Below are positions 48,122-56,948 of a stretch of 59,015 nt of DNA, in pieces. The stretch lies in IMG/VR virus record IMGVR_UViG_3300032053_000084, positions 1 to 59,015 of that record. One strand, written 5' to 3'. The translations under genes and the position numbers were made by a program. How positions within the stretch are numbered: position 1 is the first letter of the stretch; each line of letters starts with the position of its first letter. The notes beneath the pieces are model-generated. The model was given only the letters and a program-made list of their open reading frames with translations, made no database searches and was not told the origin of the DNA. Source of the stretch: a virus. Lineage: Duplodnaviria > Caudoviricetes.

Positions 48122-50401
48122 TTATCCTGCTCTCTTTTCCACTCTATAATGAATAAATAAAGTAACCCCTTCAGGTTTATATAATTCACTCATTTTTGTA
48201 TAGAATGCTATATCATCATTATTATCAAATACGCCTATTTCAGTCGCATCAATTTCATCAAATGTTTCAATTAAACATTCAACATAATAATATGTATCAT
48301 CACTTCTTATACTTACTGGATAATTATGTGTATTAGTTGCAACTGTTTCTATATCATTTGTCGCTATCGGATCAAATGATGCCGTGGTTCCAGAACCAAG
48401 TTTAATATATGTTGTTCTTGCCATTAATGCAATCATGGCTGCTGAACTTTTACCAATCGCTTTAACAACAGCATGACCGGAAACAGCAGTTTCAAACAAA
48501 GCAACTGCTGTATTATCGTCTACAATTTGTATTGATTTAGGATATATTTCCTCATCATTTCCATCATAACATTTAACCTGGATAGCACCATAACCAAGCC
48601 CATGTCTAATATCCCATCTTGCATTTGCAAAAACTCTAATAAAAACATATTCACCTGCTTCTGCTAACGCATATCCTGATTCAGCGGATGTATAAGTTAT
48701 TACCATATTCCCTTGGCTTGGAACATAACTTGTCAACGGAACAAATGTTCTATCATAACTTGTATCATCAACCTGTGTCATTACATATTGTTCTTGTAAT
48801 GCTGACCCACTAACAGTATGAGAAAACGTCCATGTAATCAATGCAGATGCTTGACTATGTTCAAACTCTGCCTTTGACATAAAAGCATATCCCGCAACAG
48901 CATATGCATAATGAATAACAATATTATTATCATCTATTCTTTCAATCCATTGTGGTTCCATATATTTTAAATCAATATCATAACATTGCGTAATTATATC
49001 AGGAGAATTTAAATTATGATTTACAGCCCAACTTATTTGATTGTATTGAATTAAAAATACAGCACAATTAGGCAAAGCACCCATAATAGGCTGACAACAT
49101 TTTGACGTACAATTACCTAATTCTGTCGTTGGGAATAATTCCCTGTATATACCACTAAAATCTGTTCTCGGTCCAAGTAATTCTTCATAATGAACAAATC
49201 GTGATGCAGGTCTTACATCTTCCCATTGATCCATCAAATATGATGCGGTTGCTTGATTCATAATATATGAATATCCTAATGGCTCATTTGATAAATCCAT
49301 CTGAACTTTATAATGAGGAGATAAAACATTATTATCATCAACATCATACGATAACGGATATCCACTTGCCCCGCTTGTATATGAACTATAATAATATCCA
49401 ACCCCAGCCCCCCCTGTAGGTGGAAGTGTTTTATATATACTATCTGTTATAGGAACAACATCCCATGATGCACTTGTTGGAACTGTTCCTGTAGGTGGAG
49501 TTGTAAAATTATCATGGTATGTATAATAATAAGGATAATTTATATACAATTGATCTTCATATGATTTAAAAAGTGTTGCTCCTGATGGGGGCCATGTTCT
49601 ATGCCATTTTTCATAAACATTCAAATAATTTGTTGTATTTTTAAGAATACTTTTCCATATAATTAATAAAGAGGTATATGTTCCTTTTCTCTTCAATAAA
49701 TCAGGTAAAGATGCTGTGATTCCTCTCTTTATATCAACATCAAGATTTTCTGGTAAAGTAATATTGTACATATTATCAATATAATATAGAAAATCTTGAT
49801 CTACTTCAAATGGATCAGAAAGAGTAAAAACATTTTTTGTTAAATTATATGGTTCATTATGAATATAATCAAAATAAATATTCAAAAATTCTTTTATATT
49901 ATCTGTTCTATTATTTTCAGGTAAGGCTGCTATCGCAAAATCCTTCATTCCTGTATACATAATTTTTACGGAACCTGCAAAATAATTACCAAAGAAAATA
50001 TATAATTTATTAGGATTAATATAATTATCCCAATCTGGATTATTTCCAATATAATCGTGAAGAACACCATCTTTCCTAAACCAAATTTCCGATCCGATGT
50101 AATTTGCAACCATTGTTGCTTCAGTTAATTCTGATGCTCTAAAATTATCCGTCAATAATTTAAATTTAAATTCATTTTCATCAGGAGTTCCTGATTCTTT
50201 TTGAAGTCTTAATCTATAAAATCTATTTTCTCCTTTTAACCATACATCAAATCCTATACCGCCTTTTGCCCATATAGAAGTTTTTCCTCCACGTAAGTAT
50301 CCTTTATGAAGACCACCAGTTGTATGAACAGTTCCATATGCTTCCTGATTATCAAGAAATTCTTTTAATATAAAATAAGGAACATCACTAAATTTAGCCA
50401 T
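48122..50401 (-). CDS. Baseplate wedge/tail-fibre attachment protein
   Basis: Follows gp6; DPFEVD..FL and LKRKGT motifs; repeated W.x.x.H.L beta modules. Confidence 0.6.
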   Translation of the reverse strand: MAKFSDVPYFILKEFLDNQEAYGTVHTTGGLHKGYLRGGKTSIWAKGGIGFDVWLKGENRFYRLRLQKESGTPDENEFKFKLLTDNFRASELTEATMVANYIGSEIWFRKDGVLHDYIGNNPDWDNYINPNKLYIFFGNYFAGSVKIMYTGMKDFAIAALPENNRTDNIKEFLNIYFDYIHNEPYNLTKNVFTLSDPFEVDQDFLYYIDNMYNITLPENLDVDIKRGITASLPDLLKRKGTYTSLLIIWKSILKNTTNYLNVYEKWHRTWPPSGATLFKSYEDQLYINYPYYYTYHDNFTTPPTGTVPTSASWDVVPITDSIYKTLPPTGGAGVGYYYSSYTSGASGYPLSYDVDDNNVLSPHYKVQMDLSNEPLGYSYIMNQATASYLMDQWEDVRPASRFVHYEELLGPRTDFSGIYRELFPTTELGNCTSKCCQPIMGALPNCAVFLIQYNQISWAVNHNLNSPDIITQCYDIDLKYMEPQWIERIDDNNIVIHYAYAVAGYAFMSKAEFEHSQASALITWTFSHTVSGSALQEQYVMTQVDDTSYDRTFVPLTSYVPSQGNMVITYTSAESGYALAEAGEYVFIRVFANARWDIRHGLGYGAIQVKCYDGNDEEIYPKSIQIVDDNTAVALFETAVSGHAVVKAIGKSSAAMIALMARTTYIKLGSGTTASFDPIATNDIETVATNTHNYPVSIRSDDTYYYVECLIETFDEIDATEIGVFDNNDDIAFYTKMSELYKPEGVTLFIHYRVEKRAG

Positions 50402-52099
50402 TTATAACTCCAATGCCAATACACATCCAGTAGAATATAATGCAGGAAATTGATTAAAACCTAATATAATATTATTTAACATATTATTATTACCAGTATA
50501 TGAACTTATAGGAACAGCATACATCGGATAATTTCCATTTATATTATAATCAACAAGTGTTTTATTAATAATATGAATGTCCCTGATAATTAAATTTTGA
50601 ATACCTGCTGTATAAGGAAAATCATTTGTAGCAGATACTTTTGTTGTGTCCATTATGTAATCTACAACATTTGTATGCGATATATTTTCATTGAATGATC
50701 TATTCTGCGCTTGAAAATAATATTCTAATTTTGCAAGAATATCCAATGCAACTAATGTCGCATCATATGTTCTTTTCGCTTTATATCCTATTCTGTATGT
50801 AAAATAAACTAATTCAGGAACTATATATGCTTCATACGCATTTAACATTTTTCGAGGCTCAAGATAACTTGCAATTAAATCTCTATATGTTGTTACCCAT
50901 GCGGTAGGTGTTATAATCCCTGCGCTTGGTGTTGTATATGTTATCGTTCCACTACCCCATGAATCAGGAATAACGGAAACACGAACTTTATTATATTCAT
51001 ATATGCTTCCAGAAGGCGCAACTTCTTGTTCTCCCCAAACATTTGCAACAATAACATCCGATCTTTCTTGAAGAAAATCAACATAATCATTTTTCGTAAC
51101 GCATCTTCTCTGAACACCAAGAGAACTTTCTGAATTTTGTTTAACTTCATCTATTGTTTCAGGGCTTGCACCGCCTGTTGATGCTAATAAATTTGTTACT
51201 GTAATTTGTTCATTATTACACCATTTAACTTGAGTTTGATTGTATATAAATTCTGTTTCTGGTAATGTAATTGTTGCCGATCCTGCACCACCATCTGCCC
51301 CCAATGTTTTTAATACTTTAATATAAATATTATCCGTAGCAACAGGAACATCTCTAAAAGATGCAAATTCAATTATATATCTTTCATATTTATCATATCT
51401 AAACATATAAACAGTATCAATAGTTTCTAAACCTGAAATTTCACTATAAAAATCTGGAACTCTTGACCATAAGATATCATTTACAACAACTTCAACCGAT
51501 GGAACTGTATTTGAAATATCATCATCATAATCAAAATCAAAAAGAGGAAGATTGATTTTATTGTCAATTAAATCAGTACCGCTATAAACTAAACTTAAAA
51601 TATTTCCTTGCCTTATATTAATATCTGATGTAAGAGTATATGGAAAGGATGCAGTTACAGGAATTGTTTCTGTAATATAATCAACTGTTGAATATTTTAT
51701 AGTATTTCCATCAACATCAATTAATGAAGGAGATTCTATACTTTTCCATGCAGGAATATATAAAACATCTCCTTGAACAAAATCAGCACCAGAAACCGCA
51801 AGAGATAATATTGTTCTGTTCGATATCATTCCTTGTGGATTATATCCTCTCAATCTTGACAGAGTATGAACTGTTTCATATATATCAGCAGTTTCCATAT
51901 ATTGATTTTTCGCAATTTTATTCAGATAATAGGTTTGTAATGCACCTAAATAACAAACTAATTCTGTTAAAATTGTAATATTATTACCTTCATAATCATA
52001 ATCTCTGAATACTGGATTTGTTCTTAACAGGTCATTTAATCGAGCCTTCATTGTATTAAAGTCCAGGTTCAAATATTGAGGAATCAGTGTATCTGCCAT
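50402..52099 (-). CDS. gp6: Baseplate wedge subunit, gp6-like
   Basis: LDFNTMK, FRDYDYEGNN, GGASPETIDEVK, QRRCVTKNDY, VWGE. Confidence 0.85.
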   Translation of the reverse strand: MADTLIPQYLNLDFNTMKARLNDLLRTNPVFRDYDYEGNNITILTELVCYLGALQTYYLNKIAKNQYMETADIYETVHTLSRLRGYNPQGMISNRTILSLAVSGADFVQGDVLYIPAWKSIESPSLIDVDGNTIKYSTVDYITETIPVTASFPYTLTSDINIRQGNILSLVYSGTDLIDNKINLPLFDFDYDDDISNTVPSVEVVVNDILWSRVPDFYSEISGLETIDTVYMFRYDKYERYIIEFASFRDVPVATDNIYIKVLKTLGADGGAGSATITLPETEFIYNQTQVKWCNNEQITVTNLLASTGGASPETIDEVKQNSESSLGVQRRCVTKNDYVDFLQERSDVIVANVWGEQEVAPSGSIYEYNKVRVSVIPDSWGSGTITYTTPSAGIITPTAWVTTYRDLIASYLEPRKMLNAYEAYIVPELVYFTYRIGYKAKRTYDATLVALDILAKLEYYFQAQNRSFNENISHTNVVDYIMDTTKVSATNDFPYTAGIQNLIIRDIHIINKTLVDYNINGNYPMYAVPISSYTGNNNMLNNIILGFNQFPALYSTGCVLALEL

Positions 52100-52124
52100 T
52101 TTAATTACTCCTACTTTTTATAAG

Positions 52125-52541
52125 TTATACACGCTTTAAAATTAAATTTAAGGTTCCCAAACCAGCATTTCTATTGAAACCAACAACCCTAAAAGTTAAA
52201 TCAATATCATACTGATTATTATCATAATTAGGGAAAATATTTATATTATCAATAGAAACTCTTGGTTCCCAAACTTCTATTGAATTAAGTATTTCCGATC
52301 CTATCCAATGAGATGTTGTTTGATCCATTGGTTCAAATAACATTTGATCTAAAAGACTTCCAAAAGCAGGAAGCATTCTTCTGCTCCCTTTTTTTGTTTG
52401 TAGAATATTGACGATAGAATTTCTTATAGAATCAATATCAATATTTCTTTCTATGTCACCATTGTTTTGTCTTGGTAACTCCATATTAAAATCAGAATAT
52501 ACATACCCTGTTGTTGATGTTAATGTAGATAATGTTGCCAT
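52125..52541 (-). CDS. gp25: Baseplate wedge subunit, gp25-like
   Basis: YSD, SIRNSIVNILQTKKGSRRMLPAFGS, WEPRV. Confidence 0.9.
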   Translation of the reverse strand: MATLSTLTSTTGYVYSDFNMELPRQNNGDIERNIDIDSIRNSIVNILQTKKGSRRMLPAFGSLLDQMLFEPMDQTTSHWIGSEILNSIEVWEPRVSIDNINIFPNYDNNQYDIDLTFRVVGFNRNAGLGTLNLILKRV

Positions 52542-53236
52542 TATGCAAACCTCGCATATACTGTTATTGCACTATTATATTTATTTTTATTCGCCGTGAG
52601 TAAAGATTTTCCCTGTCCTAATTTTGTAATCATATCATTTATTCCATATGTTCCAGTAAGACCAAGAAGCAATGAAAGATGATCATATGTAAAATTAAAT
52701 TCTGTTATCCTTGAAGTTATATAAACATCACTATCCCATCCAACCCCATTATACTTATATTGAGGTTCCATTGCTTTTTGAATATCAGCATAAACAAGAC
52801 CACCCTGAACTACAATATCAGCAGTAGCACCCATATTTGTTACAGTTACAACAGAACAATCAACTACTGTTGTTCCACTATGATGAAGACCTAATACCAT
52901 ACTTGGTGAAAATAAACCTTCAGCGGAAGCAGGAACAGTAAATGTTGTAGGATTTAAATATGTAGGGGTTGTGTTTATAACTTTATAAACACACCATGCT
53001 GTAAGATTTGTTGTTCCATATCCCCCCGCACCTGCGGAAGTCGCTACATAAACAGTTCCTGTTCCTTTTGTCGGAAGATATAAATTCATTTCACTTGTGA
53101 GTGTTGCAAGAACACTATCCAATGCACCTTTTTGTAAAGTCAATTCTGCTATCTGTGTATCTATACCTGCTATACTTGCACTTAAACTTAAAACTATTGT
53201 GGGCATTTCTGCAATCCAATCACCTAATACTGACAT
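52541..53236 (-). CDS. Hypothetical structural protein
   Basis: Between the PAAR-like gene and gp25; AGGAG RBS. Confidence 0.55.
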   Translation of the reverse strand: MSVLGDWIAEMPTIVLSLSASIAGIDTQIAELTLQKGALDSVLATLTSEMNLYLPTKGTGTVYVATSAGAGGYGTTNLTAWCVYKVINTTPTYLNPTTFTVPASAEGLFSPSMVLGLHHSGTTVVDCSVVTVTNMGATADIVVQGGLVYADIQKAMEPQYKYNGVGWDSDVYITSRITEFNFTYDHLSLLLGLTGTYGINDMITKLGQGKSLLTANKNKYNSAITVYARFA

Positions 53237-53245
53237 ATTTTCTCC

Positions 53246-53548
53246 TTATCCTGAATATACATTTCCGCTTCCCGTAAGAATTATTCCTGTATAAGAACCA
53301 GCAAACATATCTCCAACTCTTGCTTGACCCTGACCGTTTGTAATAACCGTTCCTGAACCCGTTATTATTAAACCTACATGACCACAATATCCCAATACAA
53401 TACTTGTAATTGTTCCTGCACCCAGACCATTTATAAAAACATTCCCGCTTCCAGTTAGTATCATTCCACCAGTATTAATAGGGCTTGGACTATGCGAAGT
53501 ACATATTCCAAAACCTTGATCTGTTATTCGTGCTGCCGATGCTCCCAT
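53246..53548 (-). CDS. PAAR-like spike tip protein
   Basis: AARITD, C..H, TGSGNVFING, CGH, ARVGD. Confidence 0.85.
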   Translation of the reverse strand: MGASAARITDQGFGICTSHSPSPINTGGMILTGSGNVFINGLGAGTITSIVLGYCGHVGLIITGSGTVITNGQGQARVGDMFAGSYTGIILTGSGNVYSG

Positions 53549-53555
53549 ATTTCAC

Positions 53556-54345
53556 CTAATTCAAACTAATAGGGTTTCCAGTAATTGTTGCTGCCCCTGT
53601 TACTGCAATTGTCGCATTTCCTGAAACAGTAATATTAAAATTTCCTGATACACTAATTGTTTTATTTGCATTAACAGTTTCAGTTGCACTTCCAGTTATG
53701 GCTTCCGTTTTATCACTACCTATATTTATTGTTTCATTCTCTGCAATATCTTTAGTTTCGTTCTTAACACCATTAATATTAATATTTCCATCTTTATCAA
53801 TTAATACATATGTTCCTGTATCATGATAAATACGTATTCTCTTATCAGTAGGTGTAGAATCAATTTCTACTATATGACCCCCATGTACATGCAAAACAAG
53901 ATTATGAGGATATTGACCTAAACCTGCATCCCAATCAGGAGCACCTATGGCAGCAGGATATTCTCCTGCTGGATCATTAAATCCAAGAATTGGATTAGGA
54001 GAATTATCAGGAATACCTGGAGCAGTAGCAAAAAATCTTGGCTGTAATATATTTCCACTTTCAAAGAATACAAAAACATGTGATCCCTGTAAAGGAACAC
54101 TCCAAAGACCATACAATGATACCGATCCTTCAATTAGTCCCAAACATGGTTGTGCCCACGGTAATTCATCAGTAGGTATTCCATCCAATGAACTTTTTAT
54201 TTTAACAGGAGAATGGACACCGAAAATTCTTATTCTACATTTTCCTGCTTCATCAGGATCATTATTATCTTCAAACCACCCCCCTGAAGATGCCGAATAA
54301 TTTTTCTCTTGGAAGTGCAAAATCTTTCAAGTCTGTTTTGATCAT
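53556..54345 (-). CDS. gp5: gp5-like baseplate spike (OB fold plus beta helix, no lysozyme domain); needs a +1 shift near 54273
   Basis: ATG 54345 with GGAG RBS gives MIKTDLKDFALPREKLFGIFRGVV*; the +1 frame continues EDNNDPDEAGKCRIRIFGVH...LPWA; C-terminal beta-helix repeats. Confidence 0.8.
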
Positions 54346-54420
54346 TCATTTCTCCTTACCATATCTGGTGGCGCCATGTATTTTTGTTCCAAATCTATAA
54401 AATCCCTATATATGCTAACA

Positions 54421-55695
54421 TTATTTGCTCCCCATTTTTTTAGCAAAATCAAGATTCATTCTTGATGATGTAACTAATAATTTATCATTACTATCATCAT
54501 AACCTGTTTTTAATAAAACTAATTTTTGTGTATATGTAGGACTTTTCATTCCAAAATGATGTGTTACAGATTTTATTAAATATTTTCCTTCAAGATTTTT
54601 ATTAAAAACTTGTTCTTTATCACCGCTTGGCCATAATATGCTTGTTATCAATCCTGCACTTCTTCTCTCATGTCCTCTAACAGTTATAATCATTGCCATT
54701 TGTTTTGTATATCTTTTAATAAAATCAGAATAATATATATTATCAATAATATTTTTATCCGTTTCTCCTGTCAATTCATATCTACTATTTTTCATACTTA
54801 TATCAGGAAATAAAGTTTTTCTACCAAAAACAGTATATTTGGATATTGATTTTTTATAATTATAATATCTATTAATAAAATTTTTTGTTTCAAAATCATA
54901 TCCTAATCTATGTCCTCCTCTCAAAACATTAAAACTCTGTAAATCAACATGACTCATTTCCCATGTTATAATAGCACTTATATCTTGAGTTGTTGTATTG
55001 AATTTATACATTGCAACATTTTTTGTATCTTCATCCATTTCCATTTCTTTTGAAAGAAATAAAGATTCAAGTGTAGTATAATTCAATCCCAATGTATTTC
55101 CATAAAATAAATATCCAGGTAATCCAGAAACCGAACCACTTCCTTTATCCAATAACCATCTAATTGCTTCAAGCGGAGTCCAATATGGTATATAAAAATA
55201 TGGTAATTTTTCATTTGTTGATTCAAACTGTTTAAAATCTTCATTCAATAAAATATTATTTGATATTTCTTTTATAATATCTGATATATAATAATTTTTC
55301 CATGATCTACTAAAAACGGCAGAGGTCATTGCGAAATATCTTGGTTCTACAAGAACTATTTCCATCATTTGCTGTGATCCTGCTTCTGCAAAACCAAGAC
55401 CAGAAATATTCATTAATGAAAATATTTTAAAATTTACTTTTATATTATTTTTAACTCCATATGTTATACTAACCATCTCATTTCCGGTTATAGGAGCGAA
55501 TTCCATCATACCTGTTTTATCAAGAAAAATGATTTTACCTGTCATGCAAAAACTGAAAATATCCTCAATAAAAAATACTTCAACGACATTTGCGTTATCT
55601 AATGTTACTTGTCCTGCTTGAGTATATATATCAATTTTAAATGACGAATCAAGTTCTGTAGCATATCTTGTTTCTGTTTGTCCAATTTCAGCCAT
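54421..55695 (-). CDS. Baseplate hub-like tail protein
   Basis: Between gp53 and gp5; EDIFS..MTG, GKYLIKSVTH. Confidence 0.6.
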   Translation of the reverse strand: MAEIGQTETRYATELDSSFKIDIYTQAGQVTLDNANVVEVFFIEDIFSFCMTGKIIFLDKTGMMEFAPITGNEMVSITYGVKNNIKVNFKIFSLMNISGLGFAEAGSQQMMEIVLVEPRYFAMTSAVFSRSWKNYYISDIIKEISNNILLNEDFKQFESTNEKLPYFYIPYWTPLEAIRWLLDKGSGSVSGLPGYLFYGNTLGLNYTTLESLFLSKEMEMDEDTKNVAMYKFNTTTQDISAIITWEMSHVDLQSFNVLRGGHRLGYDFETKNFINRYYNYKKSISKYTVFGRKTLFPDISMKNSRYELTGETDKNIIDNIYYSDFIKRYTKQMAMIITVRGHERRSAGLITSILWPSGDKEQVFNKNLEGKYLIKSVTHHFGMKSPTYTQKLVLLKTGYDDSNDKLLVTSSRMNLDFAKKMGSK

Positions 55696-56075
55696 TATTT
55701 CTCCGATATTGCTCTAATTTCTCTCAATAATTGAGGCATATAATCATTTTTTAATATATTTAAATTTATTCCAATATCCATATCTTCGAAAGGATTTCGT
55801 ATATTATTCATCAAACAAATAGCCCACCAAAGTTCAACGATGCCATACATTTTCCATGAAATCTGTTCCCAAAAATCTACATTCTCTGTTTCATATGTAC
55901 TATAATAAACAATATCCGCAAATACATTTTGATCTATTTCATATGCTCGAAAAATATTTATAAACTTTGTCCCATCATCATCTTGTAAAATATTGAACAT
56001 TGTCAAAAAAGATGAGTTTCCAAGTCTAACACCAGTCAATGTAAAAAAATCATCTGTAACAACTCTTGCAGCCAT
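55695..56075 (-). CDS. gp53: Baseplate wedge gp53-like (LysM-like) protein
   Basis: EQISWKMYGIVELWWAICLMNNIRNPF. Confidence 0.75.
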   Translation of the reverse strand: MAARVVTDDFFTLTGVRLGNSSFLTMFNILQDDDGTKFINIFRAYEIDQNVFADIVYYSTYETENVDFWEQISWKMYGIVELWWAICLMNNIRNPFEDMDIGINLNILKNDYMPQLLREIRAISEK

Positions 56076-56090
56076 TATTGACCCCCAATC

Positions 56091-56936
56091 TTATGTTTTA
56101 CGCAGATCATTGAATGTTATTTTTGCACTTAAATCTTGATCATATTGTTTACGATATAATGGTTCTAAACTTTCAAAAGATAATAACAACTCACATGATG
56201 ATGGAAGACCACCAACAAATGGACCTCTAAATGTTGGTTGAACTGTTTTTAATGCAGCATATTTTATATTAATCCACGGTATAGGATATGTTTCAATTGA
56301 AAAAACATAAGGTATATCTACACCAATTAAATTATCTGTTTGTACTGAACATGATAATGCTTGTAATGTTTTTACTGGTTCAATTATATCAGCAGTTCCA
56401 CCACCTTCTTCTATCAAATTAAAATTCAATTCAAGACTTCTTCTCTCTGACCCTGTATATACTAATGGTGTATCTAATCTAAAATTATATACCTTAGAAT
56501 TTCTAATTGTAGCACCAAGAGACTCGTTCAATGTATGAGCAATTTTTCCTTCTCCTTCGGTATGATTTGGATCGTTCCATATCTCTACTACATTTTCTTT
56601 AAATGATTTAAGACCTGCACCAACACCTTTACCTTCATTTACCGCTTTTAAAACTTCTGCTACTTTTTGTCCTAATCTTGAAACTAAAGAATCATAAGTT
56701 TCCCAATGATGGGATGTTGTTTCAATTATATCATTAGGCGCAATGAATTGAAATGTAGGTAATGAAGTATTTCTATCTACTTCTAAAAAATCAGTACCTC
56801 TTGCCATAGTCTGTTGTGATTTTATTTTGAATGCAGACATTTTAATCCATACTACTCCATAATCAGGTCTTGTTTGAGGAACAATACCGGCCCTTTCAGG
56901 ATTTCTATAAATTTTACCTTCAATCCCCTCTGACAT
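56091..56936 (-). CDS. gp48-like tail tube/baseplate junction protein
   Basis: Position; YTGSERRSLELNFNL, GLPSSCELLLSFESL. Confidence 0.5.
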   Translation of the reverse strand: MSEGIEGKIYRNPERAGIVPQTRPDYGVVWIKMSAFKIKSQQTMARGTDFLEVDRNTSLPTFQFIAPNDIIETTSHHWETYDSLVSRLGQKVAEVLKAVNEGKGVGAGLKSFKENVVEIWNDPNHTEGEGKIAHTLNESLGATIRNSKVYNFRLDTPLVYTGSERRSLELNFNLIEEGGGTADIIEPVKTLQALSCSVQTDNLIGVDIPYVFSIETYPIPWINIKYAALKTVQPTFRGPFVGGLPSSCELLLSFESLEPLYRKQYDQDLSAKITFNDLRKT

Positions 56937-56948
56937 AAATTTATCTCC

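Noticed and set aside
53556-54320. ORF-track start of gp5 (TTG, MHFQEK...)
   Set aside because: It has no clear RBS and lacks the RGVV motif; the upstream frame from ATG 54345 has both.
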